A stretch of DNA of 64,000 nt, taken from Eledone cirrhosa. Lineage: Eukaryota. The stretch lies in assembly GCA_964016885.1 (NCBI GenBank), contig OZ024742.1:356190001-356254000 (forward strand), given 5' to 3'. The notes under the pieces were generated by a model. It was not told where the DNA came from. It made no database searches and worked only from the letters and a program-made list of their open reading frames with translations. This document shows positions 39,389 through 53,125 of this stretch, one piece after another (the first letter of the stretch is position 1; each line of letters opens with the position of its first letter). The translations under genes were made by a program, and so were the position numbers.

Positions 39389-39875
39389 ATAATAATTGTT
39401 TCTACTTTTGGCACAAGGCCAGCAATTACCCAGTACATTACTGGTACTTTATTTTATCGACCCCGTAAGGAGTCACATGGCTTAGTGGTTAGAGCATTGG
39501 CCTTGCAATCGAAAGGTTGTGAATTCTATTCTCAGACCGGGCGATGTGTTGTTTCCTTGAGCAAGGCACTTTATTTCACATTGCTCCAGTTTACTCAACT
39601 GTAGAAATGAGATGATAGGGACTGGGGTCCCTATCATTCCACTGCAAAGTGGTCGTGGAGGTGCCACGGCAAAAAAGCACCCAGCACTCACTGTAAATGA
39701 GGTTGGTGTTAGGAAGGGCATCCAGCTGTAGAAATCAAGCCAGAACTAGTTCCCGTCCCACCCTTGCAAGCAGGGAAAAGTGGACGTAAAATGAAATGAT
39801 GATGAAGGATGATAGGCAAAGTTAATCTCGGCGGGATTCGAACTCAGATCATAACGGGACGTAACTACGCTGGAT
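39389..39875. mobile_element. Family 1 SINE (39471-39805, +) nested inside a family 2 SINE (-)
   Basis: The host SINE is split at AAGGA, which is duplicated on both sides. Confidence 0.85.
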
Positions 39876-41069
39876 TTACTAATCTAGGTTATCCTTACCA
39901 ATGAACACATTGTGTTTGTAGTTACTTGTATGTACTAAGCACAGATTCAGTATTTCACTGTGTATGTCTATAGATTTATGGGTGAATATGTATGTACACA
40001 CACATAGAATTACACAAGTTTATATTTACATAGACCAATTTTGCTGGTTGCACAGAAACACATACACAGCTGCCTAAGTAATGGAGGGAAGTGTGTGTAT
40101 ATATATATATATATAAGTGAAAAAGAAAACCTGAATGGCAAAGTGTGTGAGAATAAGAAGGAAAAGAAACAGATGAGACTTATATTAGTCTCCATTGTAT
40201 AAACTATATGATGCAGACAGTGTGAATATGTGACTTATGGATTGGCAGATTGTCTAGCTGAAGGCTTTGAAATATCCATTTTATAAGGTGGTTTTGTAAA
40301 AGAAATCACCTATCCTGTGGCTATTAGTATCAATAAAATGCAGATTGTAGAATTTACTTGAAAATCAAAGAAAGTAGGTGATCTGTGAAGATTTTTTTTA
40401 TTGAAGTATTTTCTCTAAGCATAGAATTTGACCCACACAAACACACAATTGTAATATATCCTAGCAGAATATCTGAATGATTTAAGCTAATAATGAGGAA
40501 AAGGGACATTAAATGATGATGTTTATTTAAGATATTTACAAAATAATTTGTAAAATGAAAGATTGATTTAATGTCAGAATTCTGGGAATTTATATTATGA
40601 GTTGCTGTAAAAACCTAAACAAATATGAATATAGTTACTTACTAGTAATTGTAGTGGTGTCCACCTGGGGTGGGTTGAGCCAGCTCCATCATAGGAATTA
40701 ATGATATAAGTTCATTTCAATGGATTTTCTTCAGGCGATTAGTTTCACAAGTGGTGCCCAGCTGTAAGTATATGCACTATAGGATAGTTCAATCCAAATA
40801 TTGAATTGTTTAAAGTGCAGAGCTCTTGGTTTCACAACCAATCCTATTTGATGGACCTAGTGCCGCAATGGGGACACATGGGAAGGAGAGAGTCCTACAG
40901 AGGTGATAAACACAACCTATTTGAGCTATTTTGTAGGCCAGCAGGAGCTCACCACACTGTACAGCTCAGGCATACCAACCCATATAAATATATGTGGGGT
41001 TTGATTTCTTGTAATCACTTCTGTCCACTTTTTTTTATTCCCAGGGCTAATTTACCTGATATTGTTCCA

Positions 41070-41480
41070 CTCTTACTTATAGTGAACAACTCTTACTTAT
41101 AGTGAAGAGCTCCTACTTATACTGAACACCTCTTAGTTATAGTAAACAACTCTTATTTATAGTGAACAACTCTTATAGTGAACAACTCTTATTTATAGTG
41201 AACAATTATTATAATGAACAACTTACTTATAGTGAACTGTTCTTCTAGTGAACAGCTCTTCTACTGAACAGCTCTTCTAATGAACATTTCTTCTAGTGAA
41301 TGGCTCTTACTTTTAGTGAACAACTCTTACTTTTAGTGAACGGCTCTTACTTTTAGTGAACGGCTCTTACTTCTAGTGAACGGCTCTTACTTCTAGTGAA
41401 CGGCTCTTACTTCTAGTGAACGGCTCTTACTTCTAGTGAACGGCCCTTTCTTATAGTGAACAACTCCTATTTCTAGTGAT
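41070..41480. repeat. 20-bp minisatellite TAGTGAACGGCTCTTACTTC, ~20 copies with 15-16-bp variants
   Basis: Direct inspection. Confidence 0.92.
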
Positions 41481-42054
41481 CATTTATAGTTATCAACTCT
41501 TAATTATAGTGATGGAGTATACATACATTTCACATTTCCCAAATGCTTCTGAAGTGAACTTTTTTTTTTTATACACAGAAAAATATTGGCATTTTCTTTT
41601 CATATATCACAACTTATTGACTATTCATATGAAGACAGTTATTCTCAATTTAAAGTTCACAAAGAGAACCAGGGTGAATATTTATATTAAACACAAAGCA
41701 GGAGTCGTCTGAACTGACTAGTTTCTTGTTCAGTGGTAATATGTTTGGTTAATATTTATTATATAAATATTTATCTTATATTTAATCAACAATTGTCTGG
41801 ATGTTTTTGGTTTGCCAATCTAATATTAAATAGATTTAATCTGCATTATTGCTTTCAACAGAGACAGATTAGTCACAGAAACAAGTTCATTTTAATATCC
41901 AAGAACACGATTTTTCTGTTATTTAGGTAGAGTAAAAGTAGTGCGGGACTTAAATATAAACTGCAGCTTAGTGCCACACACCCTCGGAGGCCTCATTTAA
42001 AAAACAATATGGTTTTATTATTTAACACTAAATCCTAAAAATATTCCATATATA

Positions 42055-44272
42055 TATTGTCGGGGAGAAGTGTGTACTTAACGATGACGGCGTACTTGCC
42101 ATCACTGACGCCGATAAGAAGGTAGCTTGGAAGTGTCACTATGAAAGGCTACTAAATGAAGAGAATAAATGGGAGAAAGACAGTCTCCCCCACATCGACC
42201 CAATAGAGGGACCAGCAGTGTTAGTCGAAGGTAGTATAATAAGTAAGGCAATCAAAGATATGAAGACAGGCAAGGCGGCTGGGACTTCGGAAATAGTTGC
42301 CGAGATGCTGAAGGCATCTGGTACGGTGGGACACACCATGGTCACCCGGATAGTCAACCAAGTCATACAGAATGGGGTTGTTCCGAAGGACTGGCATAGC
42401 AGCATTATCGTTAACTGTTATAAGGGTAAAGGAGATGCCCTAGATAGGAGTAACTATAGAGGCATTAAATTAATCGACCAGGTCATGAAGGTCACGGAAA
42501 AAGTAATAGCGCAACTAATCAGAGAGCGAATTGATCTAGATGAAATGCAGTTCGGGTTTGTGTCAGGAAAAAGTACCACAGACGATCTTTTCATTGTACG
42601 ACAACTACAGGAGAAGTACCTAGCTAAAAGTAAACCCCTATACTTAGCTTTCGTCGACTTGGAGAAGGCCTTCGACAGAGTCCCCCGTTCCATTATCTGG
42701 TGGGCTCTTAGAAAACTAGGTGTTGATGAATGGCTTGTGAGAGCTATACAAGCCATGTATAAAGAAACAGTCAGCAAGGTTAGAATTAACAACGAATATA
42801 GTGAAGACTTTAGTGTAAAAGTTGGTGTTCATCAGGGCTCTGTTCTTAGCCCCCTACTATTTATTATTGCCCTCCAGGCTATAACAGTGGAGTTCAAGAC
42901 CGGCTGCCCATGGGAACTCCTATACGCAGATGATCTAACGCTCATAGCTGAATCAATGGCCAAGCTAGAGTAGAAATTCCAAACATGGAAGCACGGCCTA
43001 GAATCAAAAGGCCTTAAAATTAACCTGGCTAAGACTAAAGTTCTAGTTTGTAAGAAAGAAAATAAGGCGGCGGTCCTCTCCGGGAAGTGGCCATGCGCAG
43101 AGTGTAGGAAAGGCGTAGGTAGAAATTCCATTTTGTGTCCCAAATGCAAAGTTTGGGTGCATAAAATATGTAGTGGGATCACAGGTAAGCTAACTAAGAA
43201 CATAGATTTTACATGTGGCCGGTGTTCTGGGGCAATAAGTAGCAGCAAGTGCCCACAAAATACTAGCTCTTTCAACTGCACAGAGGGTTCTATAGAAATA
43301 GTGGACAGCTTCCGTTACCTGGGTGACAAAATTAGCAGTGGGGGAGGGTGCTCTGAAAGTACAGTAGCTAGAGTCAGAACTGGGTGGAAAAAGTTCAGAG
43401 AGCTTATACCACTATTAGCCGCTAAAGGGTTCTCCCTAAAAATGAAAGGCAAGCTGTACGATGCCTGCATACGAACAGCAATGTTGCATGGCAGTGAGAC
43501 CTGGGCATTGTGTGCAGAGGATATACGCAGACTAGAGAGAAACGAAGCTTGCATGCTCCGCTGGATGTGTAATAGTAATATACGTGAACGACAAAGCATA
43601 AACGAACTAAGGAAAAAATTAGAAATAAGAGGGATCAGATGTTGTTTACTAGAGAGAAGGCTACGTTGGTATGGTCACGTGATGCGCATGAAGGACGATA
43701 GCTGTATAACAAAGTGCAGGGCAATAAAGATAGACGGTAGCCACGGAATAGGCAGACCCAGAAAAACCTGGGACGAGCTGATAAACTCCGACCTCACACA
43801 CTTACACCTCACCAAGACAATGTCACTGGACCGAGACCTTTGGCGGTACTCAGTAATAGAGAACACCCGCCTTACCTAAATACAAAGTAAAACCTACTAC
43901 AGTCAGTAGGCATCTCTAACAAAATACACCCCTGTCCCACCACCCCCACCCCATCCACACCGCCCCCTTCTATGTAAAGTTATGTTGGTGCCACACCATC
44001 CAGGCCGAAACAAATGAGATCGTGTAGGTGTCACGACAAAAAAACACACAGTCCACGCTGTAATGTGGCCGTGTAGGCAACACGGTAAAAACCTCCCAGA
44101 CCCACACTGTAAATGTGGTTGGTGTTAGGAAGGGCATCCAACTGTAGAAAACCTGCCAGACAGTCCTATGCGAGCAAGACAATCACTCTTGCCTCAAGTG
44201 GGAAAACCCCCGTCCAAACCCATGCAAGCATGGAACACGGACGTTAAACGTTGATGATGATGATGATGATGA
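42055..44272 (+). mobile_element. 5'-truncated young RTE LINE (RT, PHD, C-terminus)
   Basis: Frame open from ~42056 to 43879 except one TAG at 42971; LLYADD; (GAT)n tail. Confidence 0.95.
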
Positions 44273-44344
44273 TATATTGGTGCACTTCCAATAATATATT
44301 CTTCCACAAATAAATGAAAACATGGTAGGGAGAACTTTATAGAA

Positions 44345-44488
44345 ACGAGTATAGATAAAATATTTGTTTTGTTTATCTGACATGTACTCGCATAAATAGA
44401 TTTTCTTACTTAAATTTGATATATAATATTGATTCTCTGAGGGATTCCACTCGAAATGTTTAAGTATTAGAGACTAATTAACCTTTAA

Positions 44489-44519
<31 letters not shown>

Positions 44520-45130
44520 TGATACAGATCCTGAGTGAAATTGGGGGTAACAATAATAATTTATATATAATTATTTAACATTACTTTACTCAAACAGTCG
44601 AGAGGTCTCAGCAAGGGAAAGTCTGACCCTGAATAAAAGCATTTCATTCTATAGTTTATCCAATCTTCATTATAACATAGAAAAGCTGGTGTAATATAAT
44701 GTAACATAATACACAGGTTTTATTGGAATTGATTCTTTGTTTTTAGTCTACCAAACGCTTGGATAATTTTAGGGTGTTCAAAGATTTTAATTCATTATAT
44801 TGAATATGTGTATTTGTAGAGTGAGCGAGTGCAGGCATGCGTGCACACACGCTCATTCGCTCTCTGCGATTAGAAAAGAGAAGAACACAGTGGAATGATA
44901 CAGAACAATGATGGTGTATATTTAACATTAGACACAGTAGGACAAGTGTTAACATTTCAAATATTGCTCCTTCATCAGGAGATGGAATGAGAGAGGAAAG
45001 TAAGAGGAGGAAGAATTGAATGAAAAGAGTCAGGACCTCGATGGCTGAGCTCCGACCGTTTCGACAACTAGATTTGTGTCCTGGCTCTTTTCATATTACC
45101 CACTCTACTACCTTAAGTATTGAGTATATA
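44345..45130. repeat. Cluster of decayed hairpin and hammerhead-like remnants (Penelope pLTR-like)
   Basis: 44434-44471 TCT-CTGAGG[A]-GA..TC-GAAA-TGTTTAAGTA-TT-AGA; a minus-strand CTGATGA..GAAA at ~44945-44980; 45035-45127 is related to 55962-56097. Confidence 0.35.
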
Positions 45131-47188
45131 TATATATATATATAAATCAACGGAGAAAAGTCATTTCCAGCCATTTCTGGAATATAGACAGAACAAAGTG
45201 TGTGTGTTCACAAGCATAATCTCTCTCTCTTTCTCTCTCTCTCACATACACACATACACACACATATATATATATATACACACACACATTCACAATACAA
45301 ACTCACAAACAAGAGCAAGCAAGCATGTGCAAAAAAACATACAATTAACAGTTGTACAATGGATGTTTTATGTAGTTGGCAGGTCTACTAGAAATATCTG
45401 CCAATTTCCCTGAAAACTCTTCTATGTTATAACAACAAACACATTGACCAACATAACATTATGTTCAATATACAGAGGAAGTGATTGGAGCTGCCAGGCA
45501 TATCATAAGATGCCTCCTTAATTAGAACTGACTTAGGGCTAAACACAAAAACAGAACTATCAAACGAGTTAATGGGCCTTTAGTGCAGGAACTAGAACCA
45601 CTACAAGTAGCAGCAACATTATTCTTAAGACTACATTATCCAGTCTGCCCTTCTTTTTAATAAGTATAATTTATGTTATTTTATACACACTACAGCTAGT
45701 CTTAGTATATGACCCAGGCTGGCCAGGACACTCTCAGTTTTAAGGGCGCTATCCTAGTGTCTCGATTGTCATTGTTGACATTGAATTGTCCCATAATGTC
45801 CTGGTTTTTTATGAAAGTCATAAAGTTCCAGAAATTAAAACAGGACATTTTAAAATCCACATAAGGTTCTGGTTTAGTGTTGACCAAAGATAATTACTAT
45901 TCTTTATAAATTAATTTTCTTTGTTTTTGCTGACTCCATTAAAGTTATGAGGTACAAGTGCAATATAATTTTCACAATATTCCTTGAATATTTAATTTCT
46001 GCGAATTTTAATCTGGTTTAAATATTCTTTAAAAATATCTTATTTTTAACAATGACACATTTTGTATTATTTAGTTTTTCAAAAGTGATTTGACATAACC
46101 TAATGTTAAATTAATTCTTTTAGCATAAGAAACTCTTGAGAGAGTGTTAGTTAGCAGAAGGTCATCAAAAAAGAAGCCACCCTCATGTGTTTTGGCTTGT
46201 AACTTCTAATACTCTAAGACAGCCAGGACACATCCCAGTCAAGACTCTGGGGTACACCCCTGCTGACACCTTATAGCCACTTGAATATCAGAGATTTGTT
46301 GTTTATTCAAACTGTATGAGGATTTTGTTCTTCCTTGACAAGAATTAGCTGGAACTTCTCTCCTCTCTTTTCAAACATATATTTAAATGCTTTCGTAAAT
46401 TTTATTAGAAAAATGTCATGGTAGCGGTGCAATGACGACAATGTCACCACCACTGGTAACACTACTATCATTAAACATTTTATTAAAACAAGATGGTGTA
46501 GGAGAGAATAACAGATTAGTTACCGAGCAGGTCACACAATGAGTTTGACAATAAGCAAATAAACAACCATCCAGTTATTAAACTGACTGATTTTGTGTTT
46601 ATAATAATTTGAAGTGAAAACTGACAGGTGCATGTATATTTGTTGGCAGCATGCCCATCCTAGCGTATAACAATGTTTCAACACACGTTTTAGTATAAGA
46701 AATCTTGCCAAAACAAGGGCAATAATTGTAGACTTCTGGTGTCCTTGGCCCTAGGACCACCTCCCTACTCACTACCATTGGCATGGAATTGGCTACTTGC
46801 ATGTGTGAGCTTCTTGAGCTGGAATGGCTCTTCCAATGTGTTTACTTCACCATCCTCCAGCGAAATGCCTTCTCTATTCTGCCTGCCAAGGTCATGGGTG
46901 GCCCATTTGCTTATAATAGTGAGAAATGGGGAGAGTGAGAGAGGCAGTGAATGAAAGAGAGAGATATCAACACTTATTTACTTATTTATATATTTATAAA
47001 ACGAAATTTAGTAAAACATTTAAAGATATTTTTCAGAATTTAAAAACTCATCCCTCACATACCAGTTGAAGTATTTTACGAATAAAATTATTTCTGAAAA
47101 GAATAGTCAATTTGAGAGTTATATTAGAAATCAGATAAGATTTCTAGAGTACTCAAATTATTATAGTGTTTAAAATAATAGTTTTTAT

Positions 47189-47907
47189 ACCGCTGGATGT
47201 GTAATAGTAATATACGTGAACGGCAAAGCATAAACGAACTAAGGAAAAAATTAGAAATAAGAGGGATCAGATGTTGTTTACTCGAGAGAAGGCTACGTTG
47301 GTATGGACACGTGATGCGCATGAAAGTCGATAGCTGTATAACAAAGTGCAGGGCAATAAAGATAGACAGTAGCCACGGAATAGGCAGACCTAGAAAAACC
47401 TGGGACGAGCTGATAAACTCCGACCTCACACACTTACACCTCTCCAAGACAATGTCACTGGACCGAGACCTTTGGCAGTACTCAGTAATAGAGAAGACCC
47501 GCCTTACCTAAATACATAGTAAAACCTACTACAGTCAGTAGGCATCTCTAACAAAATACACCCCCGTCCCACCACTCCCACCCCATCCACACCACCCCCT
47601 TCTATGTAAAGTTATGTTGGTGCCACACCATCCAGGCCGAAACAAATGAGATCGTGTAGGTGTCACGACAAAAAAAAACACACAGTCCACGCTGTAATGT
47701 GGCCGTGTAGGCAACATGGTAAAAACCTCCCAGACCCACACTGTAAATGTGGTTGGTGTTAGGAAGAGTATCCAACTGTAGAAAACCTGCCAGACAGTCC
47801 TATGCGAGCAAGACAATCACTCTTGCCTCAAGTGGGAAAACCCCCGTCCAAACCCATGCAAGCGTGGAACACGGACGTTAAACGTTGATGATGATGATGA
47901 TGATGAT
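47189..47907 (+). mobile_element. 5'-truncated RTE LINE
   Basis: Nearly identical to 43558-44272. Confidence 0.95.
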
Positions 47908-49019
47908 ACCTAATATAACTTGTGCTGTTGAATTTTTCAATTCAAAGGAATTTATTACATTTATTTTGAATGCTTGTAAATATTTGTGCATGATATTGTA
48001 TATGGATATCCATTAAATTTGATTGTAAATATTTTTATTCACATTTTTATTGAAGATCTGTATTACTCATTCTTAGAGTTAAATATATATAACATATTAT
48101 AATTTTATAGCTGATAAAATATGATGTTTATTAAATTTGATAAAATATTTTTCATGTTTCATTAAATATTTTTACAAATTGTTCTAATCATTACAAATCT
48201 GTAAGTATTTCTATACCTAATCTCAGGCAGGTTACAGAGTATATATTTTGTTTACCAGACTTTTCTACCTCTCTTAAAAGAGTTTTTCAATGATAAATAG
48301 CATTTGGTCTTAACAAAAGCTCTAATAAACAAATTAACAGTTAAAGGACTGTTGCATTGTAAGCTCAATATTGATTTGAGTTTCAGGGAGAGCTTTGAAT
48401 ATATAAAACTTAGTAAAGATATTTTTTAAAAAGTTCACCTCACTGAAAAATATGATCAATATGTGTTCTGAGAAAATTAATGAAATTTTGATATTTCATG
48501 GCTGGCTGAATTTAAATAAGTGTTAAAGATGAGAATAATAGATATTCTATATGAATGATGAAGAGGTAGAGTAAGACAGAACCAAAGTTTCACTGTACCC
48601 CTCTTCTTTATCTGACATTACTCAGGCCCCTTTTTACCTCATATCAGATTGGTAAATCACACTATACTTCTTATCCCTTATCAGGTTTTGTGGTGGGGAG
48701 GTTAATGCCCTTTTCTTTCAAGTAGGATATTAACTTTCAGTTTGGTAAGCTGATAAACCTCATTTTTTTCACTTCTTGCTCCGATCATTTTACAAAAATT
48801 ACAAAGCCACCATTTTTACTAGAGTCTACACTCACCCACATGAAATAATGTTACAGTATGGTATGGTCCCGTAACTCCTGGTACCCCCCCTCCATGGCAG
48901 GATCCGGGGGCAATTGCTCTTCATTAAATCCATCCCGAATATGCCTATGATAATGATTAATAATTGTTATAGCACAAAATTGGATAAGTATACATATAAC
49001 ATTGGGTTTTTGTTTGTTG

Positions 49020-49390
49020 GTATAGTATTTGAAGCCTCATAACTGGAATTGGGGTAAAGACCCCCTTCAGTCAAAAATGGCCATGGGATTTGCACCTAGA
49101 AAGTTTCCCTCTGAGGCACAATTCCAGGCAAGTTTGTTTGTGAAAGACCAGCAGTCACCCATATATATGTCTCCCCTCTCTAAATCACTGATGTTGTCCA
49201 AAGGAAAGGCAATGGCTGATAGAGCTTCACACCAGTAACATTGCAACTCCTTTCTACAGCTGAGTAAACTGGAGCAATTCAAAATAAAGTGTCTTGTTCA
49301 ATTCCTCAAAGACATCACCCAGTCTGGGAATCAAACTCATAGCTTCCTGATTGCAAGCTCAATGCTCTAACTATGAAGCAATGCATCTTA
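49020..49390 (-). mobile_element. CORE-like tRNA SINE with a different, older tail (octopus OR-type)
   Basis: CTACAGCTGAGTAAACTGGAGCAA...AAAGTGTCTTG core plus a tRNA head; the tail GCACCTAGAAAGTTTCCCTCTGAGGCAC resembles an abundant octopus SINE as recalled. Confidence 0.7.
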
Positions 49391-49539
49391 TAAATTATAA
49401 TTAACACAGACAGACAATGTGTATTCTGAATTTCTAAAAGATAGTTGTGAGAAGGAATACATGGGTGAGACAGAGTTGCTTTTACAGATGGTGGCCATCC
49501 TGGAGTAGTCTAAAGTCTGTTTTAAGCCAAAAGGTTTGT

Positions 49540-49755
49540 TATGCCAGTGCTTATCACAGTTTCATGGCATGAAGTGACTGAGAGTACAAGACTTCCTCTT
49601 GGATGCCAGTTTTAAGCTAAGTATACTGGAGCAACATAAAATGAAATGTTTTGCTCAAGAACACTAAACGCATCCCAGCCCAGGAATCAACCCCACAACA
49701 TTATCATTGTATGTCCAACACACTTACCACTAGGCCATGCGCATCCATGCATCTT
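49540..49755 (-). mobile_element. Old CORE-like SINE
   Basis: CTGGAGCAAC..TTTTGCTCAAGAACAC..GGAATCAA..ACCACTAGGCCATGCGC. Confidence 0.6.
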
Positions 49756-50662
49756 CACACTGCTGGAATAACTTATAATTAACACACAGAAAATGTGTAT
49801 TTTGAAATTCTAAAAAAATAGTTATGAGAAAGAATATATGGGTAAGATAGAGTTGCCTTTACAGATGGTGGCCATTCTGGAGTAGTACCTACTTAAATTG
49901 TAATCTCATAATTGCCAGAACCGGAGATGTGGGCAACAGGCCTGTCTGTAAAAACAGTTACTTCAATTAAATACAGAAATGGTCCTTGAATGACCTGTCT
50001 AACTTATACCATGACAGAAAAATGGGCATTAAATGGTAATGATGATGATGATGGTAGGCGTTTTTATATTTAACAAAACATATTATTAAACATCTAAATT
50101 TACACTTCAAATTGTTAAAAAGAAAATTAAACTTCAAATAAATACAAAAAACATACAAACAAACAATTAATAAACAGAATAAATTGATAAATAAAAGATA
50201 ATGAAGAGAGAAATAAAGAGAATACATCAAATCTTGCCAACTTGTCATTTTGCTTTATGCATTCATTGTAAACAAATAAATCAAGTTAAAAGTTAGCTAG
50301 AAAACATGTGCTCAAAATAACCAAACAATTTTCTTTAGAAAACATATTGTCTAGCATCACTGAACTTCTATTTATAGTATATGGCTTTTCATCTTAAACT
50401 GATGCCATGTGAGTTGCTTTAAAAATTCTTAAATGTTCTTAGATAAAATGTAAAAAAAAGTGGAAAAAAACCATACCGTGTATAACTATATCATATATTT
50501 TAAATATGTACTCCAGCGATGGCCGTAGCTGAGCTTAGTTTTAGGATGTTTAGAATTTTTGAATTTAATACCTGTATGTGTGTGTGTGACAGCTCACACC
50601 TATGCATGTTTAGCTGGCCTCCTCCAAAGTATATCTTGTTGGAGGTGTCTTGGGTAATTTAA

Positions 50663-50830
50663 TGATAGGGACCCCAGTCCTATCATCTGATTTCTAAGGC
50701 TGAGTAAACTGGAGCAATGTGAAATAAAGTGTGTTGCTCAAGGAAACAACACATCACCCGGTCCGAGAATTGAACTCACAACCTTTCGATTGCAAGCTCA
50801 ATGCTCTAACCACTAAGCCATGCGCCTTCA
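50663..50830 (-). mobile_element. SINE family 1 (head and core, no tail)
   Basis: Reverse complement of 32490-32655. Confidence 0.88.
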
Positions 50831-52027
50831 CTGTATATACCTATATGTATAACTTTTCAATTTCAATTACTTGCACCAAGCTAACTTTGATATGTTAAGT
50901 TGGGGGTTTGCTTTGTATTCTAATTTTTGGTGTATGAGGGGCTCCCTCAAACCTGAAATGCCCTGGGCCCTAAAAAAAGGTCTAAACCCAACTCTGAGTG
51001 TATTGTTCATAATTTACATATTAAAACAGAAAACATGGCATCAACAGTTCACAGATTTTTAGGGACTTGAAAATGGTTGTATCCCACAGACCAATTCTGG
51101 TAACCACTTGAAAACTACTTTACACATTCTAATACATTAGAAAGCTTCTATGATATTCTTATTCTTTTATTGTCTTTTACTACTGAATATATTTTGTTCT
51201 AGAGATATATTTATAATCTATTTATAAATTGATTTTGAAAACAAAATGTTATCTGAGACCAGGTTTCTATATCTAGAGTATTTTATTTATGACTGTTGTA
51301 GGCTTCATCTCCAAGCACAACACTTTGGGAAAATATCTATCTACTCTTATAGTTTTAAATTTATCAATATATATTGAGTGGAATTCAGTAAACAGAAATT
51401 GTGAACAAGATAATCACACATGGCCACTCACACACGTATGCATGTTTGTGTATAATCACACACATTTGCATGTCTGCGTATAATGACAAACACATATGTG
51501 CATGTCTGTATGCATATTTCTGTTTGTTTACTCTGATCTCAATAGCTTTAAGTTTAATAATACATTTTGAGTGGAATTGTGCAGAAGATAATCACAGATA
51601 TATGTGTGCAAGTCTGTGTGTGTTTCTATGTTTATGTTTAGTGTGTGTGTGTTTCTATGTTTAGTGTATGTGTGTGTGTTTCTATGTTTATGTTTAGACT
51701 GGTATAAATAGCTGTTATCTATTTTATCTCTTTTTATTCACATAAATTAACCGTTTGACAAATAGATATTGATAAAATAAGTAACATTGGTGTTGGCAAA
51801 GTTTCATGATGATGAGGATGATAATATATATAAATTGATATTTTAGTTATATTTCAAGTTGTTACCTATACTTTGATCTTAGCTGAAAAGCCATTTTTTG
51901 TCCTTTTAATTAAGAAAATAAAAGTGACAAAGTGTAGTCTTCAAATTATTAAAATTTACTAAAATTATAATGTTTACATAACAAAATCACATCTATACAA
52001 ATATAAATGACTAGTAGTCAATGGAAG

Positions 52028-52260
52028 CCAGGCACCCAGCCCACACTGTAAAGTGGTCGTGTAGGTGCCACGGCAAAAAAGCAACCAGCACTCACTGTAA
52101 ATAAGGTTGGAGTTAGGAAGGGCATCCAACTGTAGAACTCAAGCCAGAATCAATTCCCATATGAGCAAGACAAGGTCAGCCGACTGGACACTGCCCACAA
52201 CAGGACAAGCTATCTAACCCATGCTAGCATGCAAGAACGGGCATAAAACGATGATGATAA
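52028..52260 (+). mobile_element. RTE/SINE 3' tail fragment
   Basis: Matches 29700-29933. Confidence 0.85.
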
Positions 52261-52414
52261 ACGCATAAAAGAGAGATAAAAAAAGAAGAAACAAATGGGG
52301 TGCAATTCACCACCAAGTATGACAAACGGCCACAGATCACAACATAATAGCCATGATGTGTGGCTGTTGCACTTGGTGGTGATTTGCCATCCCTTTTTTC
52401 TAAGCATTATATTG

Positions 52415-53125
52415 GGTGGTGAATTGGCAGTATCGGTGGAGGGTCGGACGCCATAATTTGCAGCACAGTTACGTCCCTTTATGGTTTGAATTCAAATCCT
52501 CTCGAGGTTAACTTTGCCTTTCATCCTTACGGGGTCGATAAAATCAAGTACCAGTAATTAACTGGGATAATTGGTGGCCTTGTACCAAAAGTAGAAACAA
52601 TTATATTATATTTTTATAGAATTGCAAATAAAATTTTTGATTTAAAATTTACTTGATTTTCTGTAAGAGTGGAATTACAGACCTTATCCCCAAATTAGTG
52701 AACATTCTCATCAATTTCTTTAATTGTTGAATTCTTTAACCTAAGTCTCCATAATGTGTATGTCAGTGGGGGAAATGGTCTGTATTTGGAATATCTCTTT
52801 TCTCAACATATGGTGGTTAGTTCCTGGGGTATTAGGGCACCTCACCTTCTCAATTGTCAAAAATAAGCAAAATTATCAGAAGAGGTTATATATAGTGGGT
52901 TACACTAATTTTCAGGATTGCTTGCTATTATTATTTTAATTTGGGCGGTGGTTTGGCAGTATCGGTAGAGTGTCGGACACCATGCTTTGCAACATAGTTA
53001 TGAGTTCTGAGTTCAAATCCCGCCGAGGTTAACTTTGCCTTTCATCCTTATGAAGTCGATAAAATAAAGTACCAGTGATGAATTGGAGTAATCGCTGGCC
53101 TTGTGCCAAAAGTAGAACAACTATT
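52415..53125 (+). mobile_element. Two SINE family 2 copies (52415-52605, 52945-53125)
   Basis: Match to the family consensus. Confidence 0.85.
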
